DNA of 64,000 nucleotides from an uncultured Verrucomicrobiae bacterium (GCA_963806855.1 CAWDYW010000001.1:1024001-1088000), one strand, 5' to 3'; counted from the stretch's first letter, positions 9,559 through 19,298 are shown. Program-made: numbers and translations. The notes: a model not told the origin generated them from the sequence alone.

Positions 9559-10713
9559 CTAAGAAAAGCTAGGGCCGACTACATTTAAGCCCCAGACGCC
9601 CACCATGCAATGGGCGATGATGACGCCGATGAGGTTGTGAGTCCGAGAATATAGCCAACCAAAAAAGATCCCAGCTAAAAATACTAGGAAGGCCACCTGC
9701 ACAGATAAGAAGACGTGGGCAGAGCTAAAGATCAGGTTGGAAATGATAATGGAGGTCCAAACTCTGGACTTACCTGCGAGAAATTTCTCTAGTGGTCCCT
9801 GGAGCGCTCCTCGTGCCATGATCTCTTGAATCGGGACTAAGAGGCAGTACACTAAAGAATTGATCACCCAATAAGAGAAAGTGGCGTCTGGCATCAAAGC
9901 GTAGGGCTCAAATACTTTATGCCCCTGATAAGCTGGAAGGAAAAGAGTCCCCAACCATTTGATGACCACAAGCACAATGAGAACTGGGATGGTAAAAAAG
10001 AACCCTTCAAAAGTTGATTTTTTCGAATTTTGTCTGGTGAAGCCAAAGACCTCTAGGGGGAAGGGGAGGGCGCGGATGACCAAAACTGCAAAAAGGGTTA
10101 GGACGAGGATGAGGGGGACAGAAATCCACGTCGTATCTTTGACATGGGTGATGGCATATTTAAGCGGTCCAACAGTATAGACAAAAAGAGAAATGACCGA
10201 GATCACATAGACCAAAAATGACCCCATGCTCACACGGTTTTTATACTCCTGGAGTTCTTTTTTTAAAGCGATTGCCGCTACATCTGTGGTCTCTCTGAGT
10301 TTTTTGCTCATTCTCCGAGAAATCTCGTCGAAGACAGTATCGAAATCGTGATACTGGTGAAGCTCTTCCAATCCAGAGAAGGAGATCCGATAGAGCTTTG
10401 CATCTGTAGCCGCTTTGATAGAAGCCGACCTTTTCCCCTTATCAATTAGCGCCTGTTCACCAAGAGTGTCGCCACTGCCGAGAGTGGTAATCAAAAAGTC
10501 CATTTTCAGCTCAGGATCATATTTAATGATCGCCAATTCGCCTTCACTGACAAAGAAAATTTCAGTAGCATCATCTCCCTCACGCATCAAATAATCACCT
10601 TTTTTAAGGATGATTTCTTTGGTGATTGCAACCAAAGCCCTTAAAGACTCTTCGCTCAAGCTGCTGAATAGGGAGTTTTTCTTAAAAAAATCGTAAGTAC
10701 TATCGTGTGCCAT
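9559..10713 (-). CDS. Cyclic-nucleotide-binding domain fused to CPBP (CAAX/Abi) intramembrane protease
   Basis: N-terminal cNMP domain (EGDDATEIFFVSEG...LGEQALIDKGKRSASIKA). C-terminal TM region has QEIMARG, FSSAH and IAHC CPBP-like motifs. Confidence 0.85.
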   Translation of the reverse strand: MAHDSTYDFFKKNSLFSSLSEESLRALVAITKEIILKKGDYLMREGDDATEIFFVSEGELAIIKYDPELKMDFLITTLGSGDTLGEQALIDKGKRSASIKAATDAKLYRISFSGLEELHQYHDFDTVFDEISRRMSKKLRETTDVAAIALKKELQEYKNRVSMGSFLVYVISVISLFVYTVGPLKYAITHVKDTTWISVPLILVLTLFAVLVIRALPFPLEVFGFTRQNSKKSTFEGFFFTIPVLIVLVVIKWLGTLFLPAYQGHKVFEPYALMPDATFSYWVINSLVYCLLVPIQEIMARGALQGPLEKFLAGKSRVWTSIIISNLIFSSAHVFLSVQVAFLVFLAGIFFGWLYSRTHNLIGVIIAHCMVGVWGLNVVGPSFS

Positions 10714-10720
10714 CTCTTAC

Positions 10721-11548
10721 CTACTTCAATTCAATGGTTTGGCCATCTCTCAGCCACTCGGAAGGAACTGAGCTCTTCTGAAGCGCTAGCTTAGAAAGAT
10801 GCACTAAATCTTCGTCTGTATGAGCTGGGTCATGATGGGTGACAAGCCATTTCTCACTTTCTGTTTTTTCGACAAAGTTCATGGCGCCGAATAAACACGA
10901 ATGTCCCCACCCTTTCTTTTTGACGTATTCTTCTGAAAAGTATTGAGCCTCATGGATGAGTAAATTGGCTCCTCGATAAAATTCAATTAGCGATTTTTCT
11001 TCTTTTCCAAACGGTTCGTTCAGCTCGTTATCTGTCGTATATCCAATGATTTGATGAGGAGTTTGGATCTTAAAGCAATAGGTGACCCCCGGATGGTTGA
11101 CCTGGTGAAAGCTAATGGTGATTGGCCCCATCCGAATCGGCGTCTGCCCTGAATAGACCTTAAACTGCAGGTTGGCATGCAGCTCTGTGAGGCGCAAAGG
11201 GAAAAACTCAGGGGCGAGCAGTTGTTTAAACAGCTCTTCGCATGAGCGTCCTTCGGTTGGGGGCGACCAGATTGTAATGCTTACATCTTTCTGATAAATC
11301 AGATCAAAAAAGGGAAAACCGATCAAGTGATCCCAATGGGTATGGCTTAAGAATAGATCGATCTTCTTAACCTTTTCAGTCATCAAGACCTTACCTAAGG
11401 GGCGAATTCCTGTCCCGGCATCGAAAACAATATGGACATCATCATAGAGCAGTTCAAGACATGAGGTATTCCCCCCAAAATGGAGATATTCAGGTCCGCT
11501 GACAGGACAAGATCCTCGAGTGCCCCAAAACTTCAGAAATCGCTTCAT
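10721..11548 (-). CDS. Metallo-beta-lactamase-fold hydrolase, probable cyclic-nucleotide phosphodiesterase
   Basis: FWGTRGSCP, GGNTSC, DAGTG, SHTHWDH, TDNE, WGHS, HHDP motifs. Substrate is inferred from context. Confidence 0.8.
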   Translation of the reverse strand: MKRFLKFWGTRGSCPVSGPEYLHFGGNTSCLELLYDDVHIVFDAGTGIRPLGKVLMTEKVKKIDLFLSHTHWDHLIGFPFFDLIYQKDVSITIWSPPTEGRSCEELFKQLLAPEFFPLRLTELHANLQFKVYSGQTPIRMGPITISFHQVNHPGVTYCFKIQTPHQIIGYTTDNELNEPFGKEEKSLIEFYRGANLLIHEAQYFSEEYVKKKGWGHSCLFGAMNFVEKTESEKWLVTHHDPAHTDEDLVHLSKLALQKSSVPSEWLRDGQTIELK

Positions 11549-11628
11549 AACTCACAAATAGTTGATTGCAATGGAAAAGACAAGCCAAAAAATAAAAAAA
11601 ACATTATCTACTAATTTAGAGGTCTTCA

Positions 11629-13221
11629 ATGAAGAGAATTTTAATCCTAGGCGGCGGATTTGGCGGAGTTTATACCGCCATTTATTTGCAGAAATATTTA
11701 AAGAAAGCGATCAAGACCGGAGAAATTGAACTCTGTCTTGTCAATAAAGATAACTACTTTGTCTATCAACCGATGCTGCCGGAAGTAGTCAGCGGTTCGG
11801 TGGGAATCTTCGATACAGTCAGCCCTATCCAAAGGCTCCTTCCGAAAACAAAGCTCTATATCAGAGAAATTGAAAAGATCGATTTAGAAAACAAACAGGT
11901 GACGCTCGTCCCTCAATTTTCTCATGCCACTACCCCAATTAGCTATGATCACCTGGTGCTGGCCCTTGGGAACATCACCGATTTTAAAGATAACGCCGGC
12001 ATGCATGAACATGCTCTACCTTTCAAAAATCTCGCCGACGCCATCACCATCCGCAACCGGATCATCGATGCCGTAAGCACCGCCGCCAACGAGCCCGATG
12101 CTGCTCTGCGGCAACAGCTCCTTACTTTTGTCATCGGGGGAGGGGGGTTCTCAGGGACCGAAGTGTGCGCAGAGGTGAACGACTTTGCCAAAAAAATCTG
12201 CGAGGAGTATTCGACGATAGCGCCCGAGGATGTTCGGGTTATTTTGGTCCATAAAAAACATCGGCTTTTCGATCACGAATTACCTGAAAGTCTTGGCAAT
12301 TATGCTGGTAAACTCCTCGCTAAACGAGGGGTTGATATCCGTTTTGGCCGGACACTGATCGCCGCTACACCAGAGGGTGCCGTCCTAGACGATCAGACCC
12401 GTATTCTAGCTAAGACAGTGATTTCGTCTGTCCCCTCGTCTCCCAATCCCCTGATCGAAGAGCTCGCCCTCTCCAAGACGCATGGGCGGGTCAACACCAA
12501 TTCCTTCATGCAAGTTGAGGGAAAGGAAAATATCTGGGCGCTGGGGGATTGTGCAATGATTCCTCTTGTTAAAGAGAAGGATTTCTGTCCTCCGACAGCA
12601 CAGTTTGCCATCCGCGAGGCCAAGCAGCTGGCCAAAAATATCAAGGCTCAGATGGAAGGTGAAGAGAAAAAATCGTTCCATTTTAATGCCTTAGGGATGC
12701 TCGGCGCTCTGGGCCACCGTTCGGCAGTTGCCGAGTTATTTGGGGTCTTTAAATTCTCTGGGTTTTTGGCCTGGGTATTGTGGCGCTTTATCTACTGGCT
12801 AAAATTACCCGGGATCGATCGAAAAATTAAAGTTGCGGTCTACTGGTTTCTCGACTTATTTATTCCGACCGAAACTGTTCAGCTGAAGCTCTCTCCCTCG
12901 CAAGGGATCGCTCAACTCCATTTCGAGCCCGGGGAGATTATCTTCAACGAAGGAGACAGCGGCGATTTTCTCTACATCATCACCCAAGGAGAGGTCGAGG
13001 TCTACAACAAGAAGGGGGGGCATCTGGCATACCTCGGCCCCGGGCAATACTTTGGAGAGATGGCCCTTTTGCGCGAGGCCAAGCGCAATGCGACGATTAA
13101 GTGCACAAAAGCCACCAACGTCCTGGCATTGACGAAGAAGGATTTTGGAACTCTCGTCGCGAACTTCAAAGAGCTCAAGCACAACTTCGAAGAAACCGAC
13201 AAGCTCCGATCCGCTAAATAA
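11629..13221 (+). CDS. Type II NADH dehydrogenase-like flavoprotein with C-terminal cNMP-binding domain
   Basis: GGGFGG FAD site, GGGFSGTE NADH site, ALGDCA, PPTAQFA. C-terminal EGDSGDFLYII...YFGEMALLREAKRNATI cNMP domain. Confidence 0.88.
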   Translation: MKRILILGGGFGGVYTAIYLQKYLKKAIKTGEIELCLVNKDNYFVYQPMLPEVVSGSVGIFDTVSPIQRLLPKTKLYIREIEKIDLENKQVTLVPQFSHATTPISYDHLVLALGNITDFKDNAGMHEHALPFKNLADAITIRNRIIDAVSTAANEPDAALRQQLLTFVIGGGGFSGTEVCAEVNDFAKKICEEYSTIAPEDVRVILVHKKHRLFDHELPESLGNYAGKLLAKRGVDIRFGRTLIAATPEGAVLDDQTRILAKTVISSVPSSPNPLIEELALSKTHGRVNTNSFMQVEGKENIWALGDCAMIPLVKEKDFCPPTAQFAIREAKQLAKNIKAQMEGEEKKSFHFNALGMLGALGHRSAVAELFGVFKFSGFLAWVLWRFIYWLKLPGIDRKIKVAVYWFLDLFIPTETVQLKLSPSQGIAQLHFEPGEIIFNEGDSGDFLYIITQGEVEVYNKKGGHLAYLGPGQYFGEMALLREAKRNATIKCTKATNVLALTKKDFGTLVANFKELKHNFEETDKLRSAK

Positions 13222-13296
13222 TTGGATTTTATTTAGTGAAAGGTAAATTGGGTTTCAATAGACATGTCGGGTTACACAGCACTACGTGTCCGGTGT

Positions 13297-13487
13297 CCCT
13301 GACTGTTACCCATATCTTTTATAGAGAGAAAATTAGGCCTACGCGAAGCGGCTCTGTGTCCTCTGTGCTCTCTAGTGAGCGGAGCGAAAGGGTGGTAAAA
13401 TTAGAAAAAATTATCACCACAGAGGACACAGAGCCGCTTCGCGTTTCTAGTGCTCTCCATAGTAAAAGTTGTGGGTAACAGTCAGGG
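13297..13487. repeat. Nested palindromic (REP/MITE-like) element
   Basis: Perfect 16-bp IR (13297-13312 / 13472-13487) enclosing a perfect 27-bp IR (13341-13367 / 13418-13444). A further 10-bp IR lies at 13261-13270 / 13578-13587. Confidence 0.8.
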
Positions 13488-13715
13488 CTGCTCACGCGCT
13501 CATTCCCGCCGGGACTCCGTCCTTTTTCGGCGGGATCCCTTTCGCGTCGCCTCGCAGAACCATATAAAAAAAGTCTGCCGACATGTCCTCATTCTGCGAA
13601 CTGTTGCGAAAGGCCCCCTCCTCCAACTCAATGTCAAAAATTAAATTTGTCGCTAGATACTGTCACTTTTCGCCAGTATCTTGCCTTAAATTCAATGGTA
13701 TGCTAAGTTTAAGCT

Positions 13716-13742
13716 AGAAACTGTCATAAAATGACAGTTTCT
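13716..13742. promoter_or_regulatory. Putative AbiEi autorepression operator
   Basis: AGAAACTGTCAT-AAA-ATGACAGTTTCT 12-bp IR between an extended -10 (TGGTATGCT, 13696-13704) and the abiEi start. Confidence 0.6.
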
Positions 13743-13752
13743 GGATGGGAAT

Positions 13753-14343
13753 TTGAATTTAAGAGATCACCATAAACCTTATATTCTGGATACAGAATTA
13801 GCGATTCTTTTGGGCGGAAGCGAAGATCGGGTTCATTCCTGGGTTAAAAGAGCGTTCCAAAAGGAAGAATTGGTTCGCCTCAAAAGAGGCGTGTATTTAA
13901 AAGATCATTTGCCAATAGATGCGTTTGAGATTGCTCAGCATCTCTACGGGCCATCATATATCAGTCTTGAGTCAGCTTTATCTTATCATGGATGGATACC
14001 AGAGGCGGTTTATACCACAACGAGCGTCAGCACAAAGAAAAGCCCCACCATCACAACTGCTATCGGTATCTTTAGCTATAAACATACCCCAGCAGAGCAG
14101 TTTTTCATGTGCGTAAAGAGAATCGATGAATTTCTCATAGCTCATCCTTGGAAGGCTTTGGCTGATTATGTGTATGTCTATCGTAAAAAATGGAAGAACA
14201 TGCAAGAAATGATGGAAGATTTACGTATTGAAAAATCCAGCATTGAAAGTTCAAACAAAACAGTTCTTGAAGAAATTGCTCAATATTACGACAGTCCCAG
14301 GGTACGTCGATTTGCAAAACAGATGTTGAAGGAGATAGGATGA
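13753..14343 (+). CDS. Type IV toxin-antitoxin antitoxin AbiEi
   Basis: LVRLKRGVY, PSYISLESALSYHGWIPE, PWKALADY motifs. ATGA-coupled to the downstream AbiEii gene. Confidence 0.88.
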   Translation: MNLRDHHKPYILDTELAILLGGSEDRVHSWVKRAFQKEELVRLKRGVYLKDHLPIDAFEIAQHLYGPSYISLESALSYHGWIPEAVYTTTSVSTKKSPTITTAIGIFSYKHTPAEQFFMCVKRIDEFLIAHPWKALADYVYVYRKKWKNMQEMMEDLRIEKSSIESSNKTVLEEIAQYYDSPRVRRFAKQMLKEIG

Positions 14344-15536
14344 ATATATCAATCATTCAAGACCGTTTAAAAAAATTCGATCTGCGAACAAAACAGCAAG
14401 AGAAACATGCGCTGCGTGAGATTGCGCACGAAATAGCTCTAAGCGGACTCGCCAGAACAGATTTTTTTAAACATGTCGCTTTTATTGGAGGATCATGTTT
14501 GCGAATCGCACATGGTCTGAAACGCTTTTCTGAGGATCTTGATTTTTGGACACTCAAACACTCTCCAAACTTTGAATGGAAGCAGTATCTGCATGTTGTA
14601 GAAGAGGAATTTAGAGCCTATGCCTTTCATATGAGTGTTGAAGATCAAGAATCTGTTAGCTCGAGAAAAAGAGCTCTTTTAAAACAGACTTCGATTAAGA
14701 AAGTTCTGACTTTAACTCATGCCCGTAAATTCGCAGATGATGAGACCCTTCGAATCAAATTTGAGATCGATACAGTTCCTCCATTAGGTTCAGAATATGA
14801 GTCTAAACATCTCGAATTCCCCTATCCTTTTTCCTTTACCACTCTTGATCAGCCAAGTCTATTTGCAAGCAAGATTCTTGCTCTTTTCGATCTAGAAAAA
14901 GAAAAAGGGCGTCATTGGTTCGATTTTATTTGGTATATCTCTCAAAAATGGCCAGTAAATTTTCAACTCTTGAGTCAGGCTCGCAAGGAAGAGGTTACTG
15001 TAAACCGGCTGCAGAGCGAATTAACAGAGCTTATACAATCAAGAAAATGGGCTGACTTAAAAGCTGATATAAAGCCATTCATCACTCCCGAAGAGCAAGA
15101 AACCGTAGATCTTTGGAATCCACAATTTTTTCTAGGACATCTTGAAGCATTAGTAGAATATTTACAGCCTAAACCCGTTTCGATAGCAAATTTAATTGCT
15201 GAACTAAAAGGTAAGCATCTCTTCGAACAAGTAGTACAAGCACTAGGTTCTGGTGTATCGGTCAATGACGATACTCGTAATGGACATCGTCCTTTGCAAA
15301 TGGCTTTAGCCAAAGGATACAATGAAATAGCGAAACTTTTGATCGAACATGGTGCTGACCCAAATTTCAGAGATCGCAGCGGGCTCACCCCTTTGCAAAC
15401 AGCCGTCAACCATGGTCATTTTGAACTGGCCAGATTGCTTATTAAGAAAGGCGCTATCTTTAATCGAGATGCTCCAAACTTGGCTTTTGACTACCAAAAG
15501 CTATATCAATTCTTGTCCTTTATTTCTCATGACTGA
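14340..15536 (+). CDS. AbiEii nucleotidyltransferase toxin with C-terminal ankyrin repeats
   Basis: AFIGGSCLRIAHGLKRFSEDLDF, IKFEID, ASKILA..KGRHWFD. C-terminal GHRPLQMAL...LLIEHGADPN and GLTPLQTAV...LLIKKGA ankyrin repeats. Confidence 0.87.
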   Translation: MNISIIQDRLKKFDLRTKQQEKHALREIAHEIALSGLARTDFFKHVAFIGGSCLRIAHGLKRFSEDLDFWTLKHSPNFEWKQYLHVVEEEFRAYAFHMSVEDQESVSSRKRALLKQTSIKKVLTLTHARKFADDETLRIKFEIDTVPPLGSEYESKHLEFPYPFSFTTLDQPSLFASKILALFDLEKEKGRHWFDFIWYISQKWPVNFQLLSQARKEEVTVNRLQSELTELIQSRKWADLKADIKPFITPEEQETVDLWNPQFFLGHLEALVEYLQPKPVSIANLIAELKGKHLFEQVVQALGSGVSVNDDTRNGHRPLQMALAKGYNEIAKLLIEHGADPNFRDRSGLTPLQTAVNHGHFELARLLIKKGAIFNRDAPNLAFDYQKLYQFLSFISHD

Positions 15537-17736
15537 CGAAGGCGCCGTCCCAGTCGGGGCCAGGGGGATTCGTACGCATAAATGCAATACGCTCAAGATA
15601 CACTTCGTATAACTCTTTGCTCGCAGGATGTTCCTGGCTAAGTTTTTTGAACCGCGCTTCGGCTTCATCCCATTGTTGATGAAAATAGAGCTCTAACGCC
15701 TCATGGTGGGCATCTAACTCCTGTTTCAACTCGGGTGTGAGTTCTTGGATGAGGCAAATCGGTGTGTAGATCTCCCCACCCATCCGTTTCCCTTTCACTT
15801 TCAGCTTGTCGAGCTTCCGATAGGCAAAATCATTTTTTGTATGGTTGTAGGTATTTTCACCGACAATAATCCCAACATGATAGAACTTGGTTTGCCCTTC
15901 TAAGCGCGAAGCTAAATTGACTGTATCGCCGAGGACCGTATAGGCGCGACGGAATTTCGAGCCCATATCGCCGACGTTCATGATCCCGGTGTTGATCCCT
16001 ACCCCGATTTTAATGCGAGGTTTCTTCTGGCTTTCGAAAACGTCATTGAGCTTGGCGAGGGTGGTCTGCAGGGCTAGGCCGGCTGTGACCGCATTGTAGA
16101 CTTGGCGGGGATCATCAAGCGGAGCTCCCCAGAACGCCATCACCATGTCTCCCACATACTTGTCGATCGTCCCTTTATGATTGAAGATGACCTCGGTGAT
16201 CGGGGTGAGGTACATATTGAGAAATTGCTTGAGCTCTGTAGCGGTCATCTTTTCTGAGACAGAGGTAAAACTGCGGATATCGGAGAAAAGGACCGATAGC
16301 TCTTTACTTTCGCCATCTAAGCTAAATTCGCCTCCCTGTTTGATCATATTGTCGAGATAGGCAGGGGGGACATACTGGCCGAACATCGATTTCAAATTTT
16401 TGGATCGCTTCGATTCAAAAAGGTATCCCCAAACGAGGTTGAGGACAAATAGGAGAAGAACCAGGGCGATGGGAAAGAAAATCGAAATGACGATTCCCTG
16501 CGTACTCCATAGCCAAGAGTTTCCGAAAATGAGGGCTGCTAGAACAAGGAGACTGAGAAGACAAATGGCAAAAACGCCTAAAAAGGGAAGGATAAGGGCA
16601 TAGAGGGTTCCAACGACAATTATGACTAATAGGGTGACCCCTCGCCCCCAAGAGGGTTTGTATGGCAAATAGTGATCGATTATCCCCGCGGCGACGTTGG
16701 CATGCACCTCAATTCCTGGAAAAACTGCAGCTATCGCCGCAGGTCTAATATCTCCAAGTGCGGTGGCATCCGAACCTATGAAGAGTAATTTGCCTTCAAG
16801 CTGCTCTTTGGGGACTTGATCATTCAAAACATCGACAGCTGAGATATAGGGAAAAGTGTAAGCGGGCCCCCGAAAGGGAATGAGCATCCTTCCTGTTGCA
16901 TCTGTGGGGATAAACTCTTGATCTAACTTTATCCCCTCTAATACGGAGATTTCTTTATATTTGGCGGTCACCAATTCAGTTTTTCCTACCAGAAGATAAA
17001 GGGAAACAGCTTGCAGCCCTAATGAACCATAGAGGGCCGAGCCATATCTATACACCAAAGGGGTGAATCTCAGAACTCCATCTGGATCGGGGGTTGCATT
17101 GATAAATCCTTCAGTTTTAGCCGATTTAGCAAGTAGCTCAATATTCGCTAAATAGGTCTTTCCCTCAGGGATCGCTAACTTCATCTGCTCGGGTGTCAGC
17201 TGAAGAATCGGGGTGGGTAAAGTTCCAGTGTTTTCTCCCTCTTGCTTAAATACGATGCCCAATATCGAATCACCTAATTGGAGGCTTCTGGCTAGCAGGG
17301 CATCATAATCGAAGTGCTCTTTGACTTTGTCTAATTGAGGAGTGATTTGGGGAAGTTGTTTTAAGACCTTTTCAGCTATGTTTTCTTCAACATCAGGAAA
17401 AGTCACATCGAAGGCGACGACTGTAGCCCCATTTTTATAGAGATTAGTCAAGAGCTTGGCAAATTTATCGCGTGGCCAAGGCCATCGCCCTTCTGCTTTT
17501 AGGCTTTTATCATCGATGGCGATAATCGAAACCAGGTTAGTTTTTCCAAGAGGCTTATGCATTTGTCGCAATTGGATATCGTAACCGAGGTTCTCAAGCG
17601 AAGCGACCCAGGTGCCGATCGGCTCCACTTTGATAAAAAAGAGTCCTGAGGTTAGAAAGACGAGGAATAGGCCAAAGGTAAGCCGAACAATCTTCTCTTT
17701 TCGGAGGGAGAGAAAGCGAAATAATTTTTTAAGCAT
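15520..17736 (-). CDS. CHASE2-domain membrane adenylate cyclase (class III)
   Basis: CHASE2 (IDDKSL..GRWPWPR, DPDGVLR, PGIEVHAN), 3 TM helices, catalytic LFSDIRSFT, DKYVGD, YTVLGDTVNLASRLEG. The K/T pair indicates ATP specificity. Confidence 0.92.
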   Translation of the reverse strand: MLKKLFRFLSLRKEKIVRLTFGLFLVFLTSGLFFIKVEPIGTWVASLENLGYDIQLRQMHKPLGKTNLVSIIAIDDKSLKAEGRWPWPRDKFAKLLTNLYKNGATVVAFDVTFPDVEENIAEKVLKQLPQITPQLDKVKEHFDYDALLARSLQLGDSILGIVFKQEGENTGTLPTPILQLTPEQMKLAIPEGKTYLANIELLAKSAKTEGFINATPDPDGVLRFTPLVYRYGSALYGSLGLQAVSLYLLVGKTELVTAKYKEISVLEGIKLDQEFIPTDATGRMLIPFRGPAYTFPYISAVDVLNDQVPKEQLEGKLLFIGSDATALGDIRPAAIAAVFPGIEVHANVAAGIIDHYLPYKPSWGRGVTLLVIIVVGTLYALILPFLGVFAICLLSLLVLAALIFGNSWLWSTQGIVISIFFPIALVLLLFVLNLVWGYLFESKRSKNLKSMFGQYVPPAYLDNMIKQGGEFSLDGESKELSVLFSDIRSFTSVSEKMTATELKQFLNMYLTPITEVIFNHKGTIDKYVGDMVMAFWGAPLDDPRQVYNAVTAGLALQTTLAKLNDVFESQKKPRIKIGVGINTGIMNVGDMGSKFRRAYTVLGDTVNLASRLEGQTKFYHVGIIVGENTYNHTKNDFAYRKLDKLKVKGKRMGGEIYTPICLIQELTPELKQELDAHHEALELYFHQQWDEAEARFKKLSQEHPASKELYEVYLERIAFMRTNPPGPDWDGAFVSHEK

Positions 17737-17793
17737 ATTTTTCTCTTACCTTTTCTATCCTTAAATTTAAAGGTTTTGATAGAATAACCCTCT

Positions 17794-18858
17794 ATGGAGC
17801 ATTTTCTCATTGTCAAGACCTCGGCTATCGGCGATGTCATTCAAAGCTTTCATGTTGCCCAGCTCTTAAAAAGTCGCTTCCCCCATTGCAAGGTCGATTG
17901 GGTAGTGGAGAAGGGGATTGCGCCGCTGCTTCGGGCCCACCCGCTCATCGATCGGGTACTGGAAATCGACACCAAACTCTGGCGCAAAACCCCCCTAAAA
18001 TCGTTGGCTTCCATAGGCGCATTTGTAAAGGAGCTGCGTCAAAAAAATTACGATGCCCTCTTTGATCTGCAATCCAACTCCAAGTCGGCTGTCATCACAA
18101 TGCTCGCTAAAGCGAGAAAGAAGGTAGGGTATGGGTGGCAAGCGGTCAAAGAAAAGCCCAATTACTTCGCGACGAATGTCCATCTACCCATTAGGGAGGT
18201 CAATGTCCGGAGCAAATATGCGGCGCTGATCGAGAATTTCTTCGGCCCGCAAGAAAATCCTGAGACTCAATATCTTAAAATGAACCTCACAGAGGAAGAG
18301 GAGGGACGGCTTCACCACCTTGCCAACATAACCTCTGACCGCCCCCGGATAATGGTCTGTTTTGGGTCAAACTGGGAAAATAAAAAGCTCTCTATCGAAA
18401 CTCTCAAGCGTTTTCTGAGCCTTATCCCCGATGCGCCTATATTTCTCTTTATCTATGGAAACGGAGCGGAAAAAAGTGTTGCAGAAGAGCTAGAAAGGGA
18501 ATTTTCAGGCCATGGACATGCAGTTGGGGGAATGAGCCTACCCCTATGGCAGAGACTGATGTGGGAGGTCGACGCGATGATCACCATGGACTCTGCTTCG
18601 CTCCATCTCTGCGCAACGACCCCGACCCCCACCTTCAGCCTCTTCGGCCCTTCCTATGCGGCCGCCTTTAAGCCATTAGGGGAGAGTCACTATGCCTTCC
18701 AAGGAAGTTGCCCCTATGGAGAACGATTTGACAACCGGTGCTCGAAATTGCGCACCTGCAAAACGGGCGCCTGCTTGAAAGAGGTGACAGCTCAAGAGCT
18801 CATGGCCCATTTCGAATCGTTTTGGAGCAACATCGTCACTTTGCGGACGATCTCCTGA
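17794..18858 (+). CDS. LPS heptosyltransferase-like glycosyltransferase (GT9, WaaC-like)
   Basis: LIVKTSAIGDVI, LFDLQ, DSASLHLCA, LFGPS motifs. Confidence 0.85.
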   Translation: MEHFLIVKTSAIGDVIQSFHVAQLLKSRFPHCKVDWVVEKGIAPLLRAHPLIDRVLEIDTKLWRKTPLKSLASIGAFVKELRQKNYDALFDLQSNSKSAVITMLAKARKKVGYGWQAVKEKPNYFATNVHLPIREVNVRSKYAALIENFFGPQENPETQYLKMNLTEEEEGRLHHLANITSDRPRIMVCFGSNWENKKLSIETLKRFLSLIPDAPIFLFIYGNGAEKSVAEELEREFSGHGHAVGGMSLPLWQRLMWEVDAMITMDSASLHLCATTPTPTFSLFGPSYAAAFKPLGESHYAFQGSCPYGERFDNRCSKLRTCKTGACLKEVTAQELMAHFESFWSNIVTLRTIS

Positions 18859-19262
18859 GTGTCGAAGAAGATCTCTTCGTGGGTTTTCAATGCCTCTATT
18901 TCTTCCTGTGAGAACCACCTTCCATCTTGCAGCGCGCCCCCAACAGGTCTGGCTATAAAGATAAAATCGATATGCTCGTGGGCCGGTTGATTGCCGAAGG
19001 AGGGGATCGACTCAACAAGACAACAAAAAGGGCGGGGGATGCTTTTGGAATTCCATTCGGCCGTCCAGAGGTTTTCTTGGGTTAAAAACTCAACCTCCAG
19101 CCCGGTCTCTTCACGCACTTCCCGGATAGCCGCTTCGGGAGGAGTCTCATCCTTTTCCAGATGGCCGCCTGGGGGGAGCCATTTTTTCAATTTAGGGTGG
19201 AAAAGGAGTAAAAATTTATTTTGATCGGTGATGAAACAAGTTGAAACGAATTGTCTTTCCAT
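18792..19262 (-). CDS. NUDIX hydrolase
   Basis: WLPPGGHLEKDETPPEAAIREVREETGL Nudix box. Confidence 0.92.
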   Translation of the reverse strand: MERQFVSTCFITDQNKFLLLFHPKLKKWLPPGGHLEKDETPPEAAIREVREETGLEVEFLTQENLWTAEWNSKSIPRPFCCLVESIPSFGNQPAHEHIDFIFIARPVGGALQDGRWFSQEEIEALKTHEEIFFDTQEIVRKVTMLLQNDSKWAMSS

Positions 19263-19298
19263 ATGCCATATGATAAAATATTTGCAGGAGAAAATAAA

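Noticed and set aside
9559..17736. Pycsar/CBASS anti-phage system
   Set aside because: The cyclase is a membrane CHASE2 sensor with adenine-specifying residues and is not in an operon with the cNMP effectors; kept only as a general cNMP signalling hypothesis.
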